A stretch of 64,000 nucleotides of DNA from Haliotis cracherodii (Eukaryota), in NCBI RefSeq assembly GCF_022045235.1, contig NW_027266271.1:7316001-7380000 (forward strand). The letters run 5' to 3'. The translations under genes were made by a program, and so were the position numbers. Positions 25,830 to 39,114 of the stretch are shown here, in pieces (position 1 is the stretch's first letter; the number at the start of each line of letters is the position of its first letter). Below the pieces are notes generated by a model. That model worked only from the letters and a program-made list of their open reading frames with translations, made no database searches and was not told the origin of the DNA.

Positions 25830-26470
25830 CATATCAGATGTTCGCGAAAAGGCGAGCGTATCCTGCCCCACCGGTGACACCCGTCATAAACACATACAAA
25901 GGCAAGTCAATTGTACGCCTTAAAAAACATGGGATCATATAGTACAAGTCAAAATAGGGAATTGCATCGGACATCATTTTTGTTACTGATGCGTCAACTT
26001 TAAAAATGTCCTCCACATTCCTCACTGGGGAAGTCCAGCATTTCACACATTGTTTTCTCAGTAAACTTCAGATGCAATTTGCTTTCATTTTTCACAAATT
26101 GTCCTGAACCTCTGAATATAGATACGTACCTGTATCTGTGTTCACAACGTGTTGTAACAAAGGACCCATGGATCAAGGAATTAAGTATTTCCTTACGTTT
26201 GTCATGTGGCATATTGTACAAAGTGGAAAAATCAAATGTTTTGACAGAATAGAACTTTTCTGAGATTGCAAAGAGTCAAGCAAATCCTTTGAGCTTTTGA
26301 GAATCCACGTGGCATTAATTCTACTTGTCTCAAATACTTTCTGTGAATATGAAGAAAGACCTTCCTTGATTCTATCAAGGATTATGATTAGTCTTTGAGA
26401 CAGGGAAACATGGAAGAAATAATTCATTAACTGTAGTTAACTCAGTTAACTTAGTTGAGACTAAGCTGTT
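25830..26470 (-). mobile_element. Penelope-like retroelement RT fragment
   Basis: RINATWILKSSKDLL, TFDFSTLYNMPHDK, KFTEKTMCEMLDF resemble the Penelope RT DFxxLYT region; the short terminal motif at 25830-25890 is related to 28400-28470. Confidence 0.65.
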
Positions 26471-26964
26471 GCCTGAGTTGACTGTACATATAAAAATATG
26501 TACGTTAATACATGTCAATCGAAGTATACACATTAGCCATTTTAACCAACAAAAACTGTTTTCACACACAACACATAATCCATAGTGACGAGCAGAAATC
26601 GATCCAGTTGACGTCAACGGTATTCATCCGTATCGCCAAATAAACACATAAGATAAAGATATGACTAATTTGGGGCTGAAAAGGTTGATCTGAATGTCAG
26701 TTGGTAAACATGCTACTATGAGTGAGAATTAAGTATTTATTACTTGCTGATGACATATGGAGTTTTTTTTGTAACAGACTTGATCAACGCCAATGATGTT
26801 TTGTCATAAAATACAATGAACTTGAAACAAACATCGATTGATGTCTATAAAACACCGTTTTATGTCAGTGTTTATCGGCACACAACAAATGGTCTAGAAA
26901 ATGTCAGAAAAAAAGAATGATGCTACAAACGAAATAGATTGTCTGCCACAAAAAATACATTGTT

Positions 26965-27200
26965 GCATCCCGTGGACACGCCAGAAACCTATGATTGTGG
27001 GTTCGAATCCCGGTTCGCCCCGATTATGTTTCTAGGTTTATCAGCACCATACCAGTGCTCGTGGGTTTCACCGAAGTGGTAAACGTCTTAGACCTGCATC
27101 ACTTCGTGCTTCCCTCCCACATTAAGCTGACACGCCCCGATATAACTGGAATACTGTTAAAAGCGGCGTTAAACATAACTCACTCACTCACTCACTCACA
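26965..27200 (+). mobile_element. tRNA-derived SINE family C
   Basis: B-box GGTTCGAATCCC; GATATAACTGGAATACTGTTAAAAGCGGCGTTAAAC plus (ACTC)n tail; homologs at 39115 and 53020. Confidence 0.75.
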
Positions 27201-27619
27201 TTGTTGCAAGGTGTTTTGGTAAGAAATTTTAGACTTGGGGTTTTAATTTTAAAAATACCTGGTCTTGCAGACATAGATGAAAACTTATCTTGTCTTCATA
27301 CAGAGCCCAGAATATCAAATGGTCGGTCCCTTAAGCGTGTATGTTGCCACAAGTTGTTTTCTGCCACTGGTTAAGACTCTGACCTCATGATGAATTAACA
27401 ATGACGCTATGGATGTCAGTACAGGAGGTGAAGTCTACCGATGCCTACAGTATTTAATTCTTAAATTTAGGCACCAGTGATTTTCTCAATTACTACCTTC
27501 AACCTTGAAATAAAGTGGTGGAGGCCTGTGTGGTGGACAAATGCCCAGATTAATGTCATACACTATTGAACGATTAAGGATGATCTTTGATATTGTCTAA
27601 TTATGTGTCATTTTCAGGC

Positions 27620-27945
27620 ATACAATAACTCAGTCATTGAAGCAACGAGTCCATCATGTTCGGCAGCAGTCAAGACCTCAAGAGGAGTCTTCAATCCTGC
27701 TTGGTGTTGGTCTTTGAGTCTTGGAAGCTTCTGGTCAATCTCACTGTAAGTCCTCCATGATTCATATGACTAATTGGCTCCTCTCGGTGTTCGCAAACCT
27801 CTGCAGCACCCTGGATGTAGCATATGGATGTAGGATATGGATGTAGGATATGTTAGGATGTGCCCTTTGCACCACCTTGTTGATGTTAGAGTGCCATACC
27901 TCGAGATGGTTGATAGAAGATCCATTGGAAAAACAGTTCAGGTTG
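27620..27945 (-). mobile_element. Mutator/MULE transposase C-terminal remnant
   Basis: NCFSNGSSINHLEVWHSNINKVVQRAHPNI matches the MULE (R)TNNxxEGWH..HPNI motif; continues after a stop as WRTYSEIDQKLPRLKDQHQAGLKTPLEVL. Confidence 0.7.
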
Positions 27946-28182
27946 ACAGGTGACCCCATCAACTGAACGATGAATGTTGACAGGTGACTCCATTGCCTGA
28001 ACGATCCAAGGTGACAGGTGAACCCATCCACTGAACGATGCCTGGTGACGGGTGACTCCATTGCCTGAACGATCCAAGGTGACAGGTGAACCCATCGACC
28101 GTACGATGCCTGGTGACGGGTGACTCCATTGCCTGAACGATCCAAGGTGACAGGTGAACCCATCCACTGAACGGTGACAGGT
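27944..28182. repeat. 34-bp minisatellite with 68-bp higher-order dimer
   Basis: Alternating TGACAGGTGACTCCATTGCCTGAACGATCCAAGG and TGACAGGTGAACCCATCCACTGAACGATGCCTGG. Confidence 0.9.
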
Positions 28183-29689
28183 CAACATCAGCAAATGGCC
28201 CTCACCAATGTGATATAGGTCACTGATGTGAAAGTTAAATAATTGTATATGCCACTATAATCTTTCCTCGTCACTCCTTTCTTACGGCATTCAACAGTAA
28301 AATATGTCAATAGCATTTGTTTTCCGACTGCCGTCGCATGGCAGGAGTACGGCTGTGCGGCGTCAGACAGCAAACACTTATTTTTGTATGCACATTGTGT
28401 GAGTGGCGGATGTAGCCGGTAGGGCAGAACATGCTTACCATTTTCGTAAACACCTGGTGTCATCACTGATTTTCACTGATCCATTCGTATATTTTTCACT
28501 GCTATTTAGACATTTACGCCGATTGGAATCTGTTTCGGTGGATAATCGAGATGGGTTATTCTCTGGCATTGATGTTACATGTTGACCCACTTGTGGGTGA
28601 GATAACTGGTATCAAACATGTGAGATCGAAATCCAGGTCCGTGATTGGCTACTCCATGGTGATGACCTGGGATCAGATTATGACGGACTGCGTTCCTGAA
28701 TGTAATTGATTGATACATTTCTCGTCCTTCAGGCGAAACTTTACGGTTTGGGAGTGTTTAATAAATTTCTTTGATCTTATATAGTTTGTATTATCATCAT
28801 TGCCTTGATAATCCGGAGACGTGGCTGGAAGGTAGAGAACAGTAGTAAGCAGTAAGTCGGGTGACGTCACTCACGACCGTTGTGTTGTATATATATTAAT
28901 GCGCCACATCGATCAATTGAATACACAAACTACATGTATGCATCTGTTCGATGATAACATGGTGCGAATTTAGGATGTGTAAGAAACAGATTATTGCACA
29001 GATTATATGCACTGTAACATACCATTTATCTTGCCAGGATTTGTTAAAAAATGTATCCAGCTCTATTTCGCTCGTTTTGAACCAACACGGTAAATTGTAT
29101 TTGATAGACACTTGTGTAGTAATCTCTCCCTATGTATAATCCCAGGACAGAAATGCAGGTGCAAGGTTCGAAGGGTTGAAGCAGTGGGGGTTTATGGTTA
29201 ACATGTAATGGATGTAAACGTGCGATTAAGCAAGTGTGAGTCAGTTTGGTTAAATGCCACTTTAAATATCAGTACAGTTATATCACGGCGTGAAAACCAA
29301 AACACAGCGCAGGCCATTACATTAAGACAATAAGTAAAATCTCTTGAAGGTTGGAAATTATGGTGAATATGACATTAGAACTGCTATAGCTTAGACCAAT
29401 GGTTAAACCGTGTTCTTGTGTAATAAGGACGGCGTGTGTATAATAAGGAAACATAAGGACAGTGAAGTGTCATCTAATACACCAGGTGGTGGTGGTTATG
29501 GGCCGGGGACGCCGAACTCATAAGTCGAAGGATTCTGCTGTTTGTACCATGGGCGCCAAATCGATGGATAAGCTGTGAGTGCGTTGAACCGTGAATGCAT
29601 TCCGCTTTATGATATAAACGAGGCATACAGAAATACATTATTCATAATGGTACAAAAACATACATGCATAAAATGAAAATACAATTAAT

Positions 29690-30260
29690 TTCAACAGATT
29701 ACGATATTAATATTTTACAGCTACTTGGCGGTGAGTCCGCACGATGTGGATGTGTTTACAGATAAAGGGCTTAAGAAGATCAAAACTTCTGTGTCAAGAC
29801 CATATCACAAACTTTTCAAAGTCAAGGTTTTCTTAAAAATATAGTTAAAGATAAAGCTAAATGATATCCAGTAGCAATTCTGGATAGTTGCAAGAGATCT
29901 TCCAAAGGATCCACGTATAGAATTGTAACAAAGGAATGTGTGAGTATTGTAAAGTATTTAATTAATACAGACGGAAACATTCGAAGAATTTTGCTTAAGT
30001 TCATAACCTCTAATCACAATTTACCAGTTGAAACAGGCAGGTGGAGGAAAAAACACTAAGCTGAAAGAAAATGCCCATCTGACAAAGCTGATGAATTTCA
30101 CTATTTGTTTATGTGTCCTTCATTTGAACAAGAGAGGAAACAACTCACTCATAGATAGTATTATATTAAACCTAACATGTTTAAAATTAATTACTTTTTA
30201 ATAGCTCAAGAAACATTGAGAAAACTATCTAAGTTGTGTAAAAAATATCATTAGAGTTTA
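29690..30260 (+). mobile_element. LINE 3' fragment
   Basis: SSCKRSSKGSTYRI, KFITSNHNLPVETGRW, ADEFHYLFMCPSFEQERKQ (typical LINE ORF2 C-terminus). Confidence 0.75.
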
Positions 30261-30485
30261 AACCTGGAAAGACTAGTTCATAAATGTTTGTAGAAATGTT
30301 CCGACTGCCTTGAAAAGAGGTTTAAGACATTGTAATATTGCTTTCAGTACAGTCCGAACTACCTCAGCCGGACTGAACATTGGCATCAATATGTACATTT
30401 TAACATTCAAACAGTTTAACTTGACATGCATTAATCAAACATGAACTACGGTAATGGGATTGATGAATCTTTGTTCTATTCGTCT

Positions 30486-31012
30486 GGTACCGGATGCGCC
30501 AAAGTCCCGTGTCAATATATCGTGTCTGAGCCCTACTGGTACCTGGAGCGCCAAATCCCGTGTCAATAAACCGTGTCTGAGCCATACTGGTACCTGGAGC
30601 GCCAAATCCCGTGTCAATGAACCGTGTCTGAGCCATATTGGTACCTGGAGCGCCAAATCCCTTGTCAATGAACCGTGTCTGAGCCGTAATGGTGCCTGGA
30701 GCGCCAAATACCGTGTCAATGAACCGTGTCTGAGCCCTACTGGTACCTGGAGCGCCAAATCCCGTGTCAATGAACCATGTCTGAGCCCTACTGGTACATG
30801 GAGCGCCAAATCCCGTGTCAATGAACCGTGTCTGAGCCCTACTGGTACCTGGAGCGCCAAATCCCGTGTCAATGAACCGTGTCTGAGCCCTACTGGTACC
30901 TGGAGCGCCAAATATCGTGTCAATGAACCATGTCTGAGCCCTACTGGTACCTGGAGCGCCAAATCCCGTGTCAATGAACCGTGTCTGAGCCCTACTGGTA
31001 CCTGGGGCGCCA
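30486..31012. repeat. 51-bp minisatellite, ~10 copies
   Basis: Unit GCGCCAAATCCCGTGTCAATGAACCGTGTCTGAGCCCTACTGGTACCTGGA; gives 17-aa-periodic ORFs on both strands. Confidence 0.95.
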
Positions 31013-31170
31013 CTATGAGTTTTCCTCCAAAATATCAAATTTGGCGCTCCGGGGCCCACGACGTATTTCGACTTATGATACAGCTGCTCTTATGCCCACA
31101 AACATACTCTTAGTTGACTATCCATAGTTGGGCTAATCTATAAAAGCACGTGACCCGGGTGTCATTAGTA

Positions 31171-31171
<1 letters not shown>

Positions 31172-31232
<61 letters not shown>
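31172..31232. repeat. (ACT)n microsatellite
   Basis: Seen directly. Confidence 0.95.
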
Positions 31233-31233
<1 letters not shown>

Positions 31234-31369
31234 GTTTTATGCACATTTGAATTATTAAGCCATCCGTATCTCCCTCCTCGAAACAGCGAATGTGGCTTTA
31301 AACCGCTTTAAGCAATATTCCGTACATTCATCGCAGGGTGACACAGGAAATGTAACATTATACAGCGAA

Positions 31370-32244
31370 ACATCGTCGTCAGAGGTTGATATAGGCCCGT
31401 ACTGTACGTCGTTTCCAGCGACGTGACTGGCGGAGGGTCGTCTTCAGTGATGAAAGCCGGTTCTGACTGTTAAGATCTGACAATGTGTTTATTGCCGATG
31501 GGAGAACGAACGGTGGCATGTTGCGTTCAGGAGCTCGTGCCGTATGGAGGAGGGGATGTTATGGTTTGGGGAGGAATTTGTGGGCAGAGGAGAACACCAC
31601 TGGACATCGTGAACGGAATAGCGACAAATCAGCATTACATGGATGACATGTCCGATTGTCCTACAATTTCCGGAACAGCTGTCACGTTGTGTCCTTTATC
31701 AGCATGACAACGCAAGACCTCATAAAGCCCGAATCGTACAGAACTTCCTTGCAGCCAACAACGTCAACGTGTTGCCTTGGCTTGCACGCTCCCCAGACAT
31801 GTCCCCCATAGAAAACCTCTAAGATATCATGGATAGTCGTGTTCGACAGCAACTACATCATCCAGTCAACTGACAAGAACTGGTCCAGGCTCTCCAAGAA
31901 GAAATGCGACGTATCCCACGTGACTTCATCAGACGACTGGCGTTTTTGCATGTCTTGTATCAGGGGTTGGTCATACACGCTATTAATGTGCCGTGTCACT
32001 GAACTTGAGTGAGTTTAGTGTGTGCCCTTTGTCCATTACGTTGATATCTTGTTTTCACTACTCCACCTCAAGTCGGACAGCTGTCAAGTCATTATCGGAT
32101 GCAGTATGACTGCCATTTTAAATGTTGATTTCATTGAGATTTTGATCTTTGTAATAGTTTAATTTATGCATCTATCTTTTGGGGTTTTTAAACTGGTGTG
32201 ATTGTGATTTAAAACTATGGTGACGTTTCTTTTAACCGTCAGTT
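31370..32244 (+). mobile_element. Tc1 transposon, 3' half with right TIR; same family as 62972-64000
   Basis: VFSDESRF, GGGDVMVWGGI, QHDNARPH, WLARSPDMSPIENL (DD34E); TIR TGGTGACGTTTCTTTTAACCGTCAGTT followed by TA. Confidence 0.9.
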
Positions 32245-33699
32245 TATTACACTAAAGAGTCCTGATTTACTCATGCTTATGGCCAGGAGTCAACTCATCC
32301 AGGATCGGGTGGTCAGACTCCGTGGCTGACTGTTCGTCATCTTCTCCCAGGGGAGGGGGCATTGATGAACGATGCAAAATATGAATATGAACAGCAAGTC
32401 ATATCAGACTGTGTCAAGTAATAAGAGAGTAAAGACTAGAGTGATGCATGTCTGAGATGTTTACAACGCTGGTGATTCCCAAGAGTATGTGTATGATACT
32501 GACAAAAACTCATAATAAGGGCGGGTGTTGGTTTCGAAGTGCCAATGGATCCTGGCAGCCTAAAGGGACGCAACCGTGCAAAGCGAAGCGCAGCACCTCT
32601 GAAACAGAGCCACATGACATTCAGGTCGGAAAGTTTAGTTTATTCTTTGAAGAATTCATGATAGAACTGACACGAGATAGGTTATTCAAATGATTTCGTT
32701 GATTCGGTTGTCGGGGTCCCAAGGGCGCTCGACACACAGTATGTAATTAGTGCTGAGACCTTCAGTCAGGTGGTGTTGGCTTGCGCGCACGCTCTCCTAT
32801 TATGGCCGTATTATCACACTTCAGCAACCACATAGCCACCTTCACTATATATGCTTCCAGTCGAGATGGGCTTCCTTCTTAGATAATTAAATCAACATCC
32901 GGTCGAAGACATTTATACGAGACTGGCGAAGTTAATGAGAACGTTACAATATCTCTTAAGGCCATCTGTCTTTTTTGTTTGTGTATCTCATTTCCCGTCG
33001 ATCCAGAATTACCAACCAAAAGGCCTTTTAAATATTTATCTTGTTGCCCAAGAAAGAAACACGGTCGAATGTTAAAGTGCGCGAAGTGGGAACTGAAGCA
33101 ACTATGTTATATTCTCGTCTTTTAAGCCATCTGCATGTCCTCCCTCAAAGCTGTCAACCCCGACAACAATCCGAGCACTTCGAATATAGCACGACAACGA
33201 TCAGCTGTCAATCATTTTTGTAATGTCTTGAACAACAGTTTACTTAATGTGTGTATACTCAACAGACGGCATGGTGTTTTTTTTAAAACTGTATCATATT
33301 TGCTCTGTTTATGACCCTTGGCCTATCATCATCACTACATCTATGTTTGTTGGAGTCATCAGGAGTCCACGTCCTTTGTCACTTCTGGATTTGACATCCC
33401 CAAAATCACCATGAGCAAAGGATTGCATAATGGAGACCTAGTCTGACGCAGAATCACCTTTGAGAGTCAAAGAATGTGTACTGAAAACATTCTAACCTTG
33501 AAACCCTGAAATAATCACACGATACATGAGATCTGCCCAAGACTACCCACAAGTGTGGACGTTACTGCTTGGCATTTCACAGAACGTGCGCTGTATCTAG
33601 ATCTTGAAGCTTCATAAAATGACTGCCCCGGACCACCCACAGGGAGACAAGCAAGGGGTACTGAAGACCTGCTCTGGGTGAGCGGCTTGGCTGTCGCCA

Positions 33700-36600
33700 C
33701 GTGTGGACGCGTGTCGTGGAAATGTTACGTCAGAAAGATAATGACGCAATTTTGCCACCTATCGATAAACTTTTTGACTTTTTCAAAAACCTAAATGCAC
33801 TTAATGTAGACTCTATCCCTGATGATTGGACTGATCTTAATATTAATTTTGGTGTCAATAAGTGTAATGATATTTTAAACATTGATAGAAGCGAACAAGT
33901 TATTGTATGCGCGATTAAACTACTAAAGAATAACAAGGCGTGTGGCCAGGATAACATTATCAATGAACCTATTAAATCTTCAGTGCCAACATTTTTACCC
34001 TTGTATGCCAGACTATTTAATCTTATATTTGACACTCGGATATCTCCCGAACAATGGTTTCACGGAATTATTCGTCCGATCAACAAATGTAAAGGAAGTG
34101 CAGATGACCCTGGAAACTTTCGGCCCATAAGTTGCCTCGGAAAATTGTTTACCTCAGTTCCTTATAAAAGATTAAATGGTTATGTTGAAAGTAATAACAT
34201 TCTGTTAAAATTACAAGCAGGTTTCAGACATGGCTACACCACAAATGATCATATTTTTACCCTGAATGCAATTATTGACTTACTGAAAAAAAGAAGAAAG
34301 AATTGTATTGTGGTTTCATTGATTTCCAAATAAGCTTTTGACAATGTTTCGGGTATAGGTTTATGGAAAATATATTTGCACAAAGTATGAATGGGAAACT
34401 TATTCGCATTAGTGTTGACATACTCTTAAAAAAAGAAACGCAAAGCCTGATTTGTATGAAGTAGGAAAATACATTTATACGAGAAACCGTACAAGGTATG
34501 GAGCCGAAATGTTGTGGAGAGAACACTTGGTGATTGTAGTCATCTCAGTTATCGGTACACAGGAAAAGTCCGAGGTCAGCTGCCATCAATAACGCGTATG
34601 TCTCCCGTAAATCGATAGCGGCCTGACATCTCCTGCGAATGGAAGAGACGTGTATGCGAATCACATCCTGGAAAATGGTAGCCCACCCGGCCTGCAAAGC
34701 AAAAGCCAAGTGCTGCGACGTCTGGGGTTGTGGTTGACGTCGGTATAGCCGTCTATCCAATTCATCCAACAGGTCCTCTGTCGGGTTCAAATCCGGGGAT
34801 CTGGAGCGCCAGGGGAGAACATCAACGTTCTTGTTGTGTAAGACAGGGCTCTTGTGATCCGTGTTGTATGCGGTCGAGCGTTGTCCTGCTCGAATATACC
34901 ATTGCCGTAGGCTATAATTGGGACGTGTGGTTGAGCCGTAAGATTGTCCTGGATGTGGACCAAACCTGTCCTGCCATGATGAGAGATAGTCGCCCACATC
35001 ATAACGCTACCCCCACCAAACCTGTCCACTTCCTGTGCGTAGTTTCCGGCGTAACTTTCTCCCCGACGTCTGTAGACCCGTGTTCTTCCATCCCCTCGAC
35101 GGAGTAGAAATCTTGATTCGTCGTTAAACCAAACATCTCTCTATCGCACTTGAGGCAATACCCTGTGTTGACGACACCAATGCAGTCGTTGTTGACGATG
35201 TTGTCGATTCAATATGATGCGTCGAACTGGACGTCTTGCTCGTAGACCTGCTGCTGTTAAATGTTTTCGTACGGTCTGTGCAGTCCGGGTATTTAGGATG
35301 CGGTTGAGGTAGCTGTGGTCGTCCTTTCAGGTGGCGCAGTTGGATGTAGTGATCTTGAGCGCGGTTGGTTACTCTTGGTTCCTCTTGGCCGATCACGTGT
35401 TGACCCATGCTGTTAAAACCCAATCCCATAGCCTTGTGATGGTGCTGGGCGCTACATTGAAAACCCTGGCTACAGCTGATCGGGATTCCCCTGAGTGCAA
35501 GCGGACTATGACGTTGTTTCATTGCACTTCTGTTAATCTTGGCATGTTGTTGAACTGTCCCTGTTCGATTGAAGCAGATGCCCGGCAATCAAAAAACCTG
35601 CACTTTAATACCGTTCATAATGCTGCTGCACGTACAGTACGTGCAGCTTCATAACCCTTATGGTAATGCACTGGTGCTTTTTTCCAAAGCGTACGTGTTT
35701 CCCGACTGATGGTTTGCGTGTCCTTGTTGTGATCATTTTGATCCGATAAATTTGACACTGACACTATAACACATTAAACCTCTTAATTTTGCACCTCTTG
35801 CTCTGCTAATTTTGCTTTTATGGCCAAACATATCCGTATTGCGTTTATTTATTTGAAGAGTATATGAAATTAAATCATGTGTGTGTACAAAAGGCGTATA
35901 TTCAGAACTTGTTCCTTGTCTTAATGGTTTCCGTCAAGGAGAAAATTTGTTTCCAATATTGTTTTCATTGTTTCTAAATTATCTTGAACTATTTTTATAT
36001 TCTCAAACTACCAAAGCGTTTTTATTCAATCTAAGTCACTTAATGACCTGTTATATCTCCCCGTTGTTTTCGCATTACTATATGCAGATGATACAGTTTT
36101 GTTAGCATTTAATCATTAAAATTTACAAAATATGTTTGATATCTTTTCACTTTACAGTAAATAATGAATGTTGCATATCAATACTAGTAAAACAAAACGT
36201 AGAGTTTTTGGTGGTACAAAAATGACAAGAGTAAACATATATTATTAAATGGCTCACCAATCCAATACGTTAACGATTATATATATCTTGGATTTCACTT
36301 TACAAATAAAGCTCTTTCAAAACCTTAAAATAGCAAATTGTGAATCTGCCACTGAGACCATGTACGTTGTATTACGTAAAAGTAGAACATTTAATCTATC
36401 AATAAAATGTCAATTATATCTCTTCGATACTATGATAAAACCTCTGAAATCTGGGGTTTTGTAAACTGTTAACAAATAGAATCTGTTCACATTATTCATT
36501 TACGTAAATTACTTCCCGTTAAGAAAAGTACACCTTTATAAATGCAGCATGGAGAACCTGGAAGAGTACCTTTAACGAACTCTGTCAAATGTCGAATGGT

Positions 36601-37190
36601 ATGTTTTGGGGCTACTAAGCTCTCATCTGACAAAGAACAAACATTATCGAGAATCCTATATCAATTTTTTTATAATGAAGTCAGAACAAACAAACTGTTT
36701 GGAAAGTATTTTCAATGAAATGGGCTATAGTCGTGACTGGTTAGGCCAACAAGCACTTCTTCCTAATGTCCTTTAATCTACCATTTCGTCAGGATTATCT
36801 GATATAACAACTCAAACATGGAATGCAGAGATTACAAATTCTTCCAAAGGTATCACATATCGCATCTTTAAAAATGAACTCGTCCTTGAAAAGTATCCTT
36901 TATTTAACTCTTTCTCTTTAGCTCTTAAGATCGTCTTGTTTAGAGTCGCATGCCATCATTTACTTATTGAAATTGGTAGGTGGCACAAAATCCCTGTCAA
37001 TGAACGAACGTGTAAACTCTGCGACATGAGCGATGTTGTGATGAATTACATACAATTTTCTTTGTCCTTTTTTTTAAACACAAACGGAAAGTATATGTTC
37101 CAATTTCATATACTGAAAATCCAAATATGTTTAAATTCAAAGTTATTTTTAATTGTAAAAATGTGTTATAAAAAACCTCTGTACATTCTG
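33700..37190 (+). mobile_element. 5'-truncated LINE (RT), split by a Tc1 insertion
   Basis: LKNNKACGQDNIINE, NFRPISCLGKLFTS, QAGFRHGYTTNDHIFTL, then after the insertion RQGENLFPILFSLFLN, LLYADD, HHLLIEIGRW..CKLC. Confidence 0.9.
34423..35860 (-). mobile_element. Full-length but decayed Tc1 transposon nested in the LINE
   Basis: TIRs CTCTTAAAAAAAGAAACGCAA / TTGCGTTTATTTATTTGAAGAG; TA at 34421-22 and 35861-62; peptides DRFGGGSVMMWA, FEQDNARPH, LPWRSRSPDLNPTEDL. Confidence 0.9.
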
Positions 37191-37212
37191 CAATGTTCCG
37201 GACCACTCACTC

Positions 37213-38021
37213 GACCTATTCTGTCATGGACTATTCACAGGGAGACACGCACGGGGTAATCTAGACCTATTCAATCATGGACTATTCACAGGGAAACACG
37301 CACGGGGTAATGTAGACGTATTCCATCATGGACTGTTCACAGGGAGACACGCACGGGGTAATGTAGACCTATTCCATCAAGGACTACTCACAGGGAGACA
37401 CGCACGGGGTAATGTAGGCCTATTCTGTCATGGACAGTTCACAGGGAGACACACACGGGGTAATGTAGACCTATTCTGTCATGGACCATTCACAGGGAGA
37501 CACGCACGGGATAATGTAGACCTATTCTGTCATGGACTATTCACAGGGAGACACACACGGGGTAATGTAGACCTATTCTGTCATGGACTATTCACAGGGA
37601 GACACGCACGGGATAATGTAGACCTATTCTGTCATGGACTATTCACAGGGAGACACACACGGGGTAATGTAGACCTATTCTGTCATGGACTATTCACAGG
37701 GAGACACGCACGGGATAATGTAGACCTATTCTGTCATGGACTATTCACAGGGAGACACGCACGGGGTAATGTAGACCTATTCTGTCATGGACTATTCACA
37801 GGGAGACACGCACGGGGTAATGTAGACCTATTCTGTCATGGACTATTCACAGGGAGACACGCACGGGGTAATGTAGACCTATTCTGTCATGGACTATTCA
37901 CAGGGAGACACGCACGGGGTAATGTAGACCTATTCTGTCATGGACTATTCACAGGGAGACACGCACGGGGTAATGTAGACCTATTCTTTCATGGACTTTT
38001 CCCAGGGAGACACGCACGGGA
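37213..38021. repeat. 51-bp minisatellite, ~16 copies
   Basis: Unit GACCTATTCTGTCATGGACTATTCACAGGGAGACACGCACGGGGTAATGTA. Confidence 0.95.
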
Positions 38022-38624
38022 TACAGGTGGTCTATATATCCTGTCACGATCTGCTCACAGTGTAAGGAAAGACGTTACTACTTGACATTTCCCAGAGCGT
38101 GCTTTTTGTAGCCTCATAAAATGGCCCTGTCTCGAAAACAGCTCTCAGATATCACGTTACGGCAAATCGATTGTTGTACATGTTTCTCATGAGTACATAT
38201 CGATACATGGTAATAATGGAGGGATTCTTGTCTCATCAATGGTAAATCAGAAAGAGCAAGACAAAACTGTGACCTTTTTCACTTACATATAACGTGTGCA
38301 TTTAAAACATTGCCATGTGCTTCCATTGGCATTAACGTGTCGGGGAGCAGCGGTTAAAAACACAGTTACTTCCCTTTGACCATAATGACACGTCAAATAG
38401 ATTCCAAGGTATATATCTTATATCACGATATCGTGAAAAATATATAATAAAGGCATAATAAACACGTCAACTATTTAGTAGAATAAAAGTTTGCACCGTC
38501 GATATTAGAATTATTGAATGTGATAGACAGAAAAATATCCGCCCAAGGAATATCTGCTTACACACATCAATGAGATACAATCTGGCGAAAAGTGCCCGGC
38601 CGTACCTACCAGCAGCCTTTGTGA

Positions 38625-38880
38625 TCAGGTGAGGTGGGGTTTAACGTAGCGTTCAACTTTATCCCACTCATATAGCGACGTGCATGCACGTGCGTGTGTG
38701 TGCGTGTGTACTACTCCGGACTGATGCCGATTTATAGTACTAGCCCATGCCGCAGTTTAACATGAATACCCCACTCATACACAGTATACTGACTCCGAGC
38801 CGACCAGTCCTTATTCTAGCCCCGTAATGCCAACGCCAGCCTGGGTAACAACAAGTACCATCTTTTCTTTTGTCTTTTGA
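38625..38880 (-). mobile_element. SINE family A
   Basis: Reverse-complement match to 16147-16310 and 11760-11830. Confidence 0.7.
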
Positions 38881-39114
38881 TATGAACCTCGGAGGCGGTT
38901 CCTTTGTGATGGGTTGTTTTCGACAAGCTGTCTTTGTTATCCAGATATTGCTATTGCAACATGAGCTCAAGGTAGTGGATCCGAGATTGCTGACACGAAT
39001 ACTGGAAGCTGGTGAATCTCATGACAACTCTCAGTACATCACCTGAAACAAGCTTGGATGCAGTATGCCTGTCAATACAGTGGTTACGCCTGGCACAGGT
39101 GCTCGAGTCATTTA

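Noticed and set aside
27618-27745. Plus-strand exon-like segment (TTTTCAG..|GTAAGT)
   Set aside because: Better explained as the antisense of the MULE remnant; no recognisable + strand product, although exonisation cannot be excluded
30400-31113. ~200-aa ORFs with 17-aa periodicity
   Set aside because: Translations of a 51-bp minisatellite, open on both strands
37213-38021. CRISPR-like regular array (also considered for the other arrays)
   Set aside because: Units are contiguous with no unique spacers, no cas genes, and the context is eukaryotic
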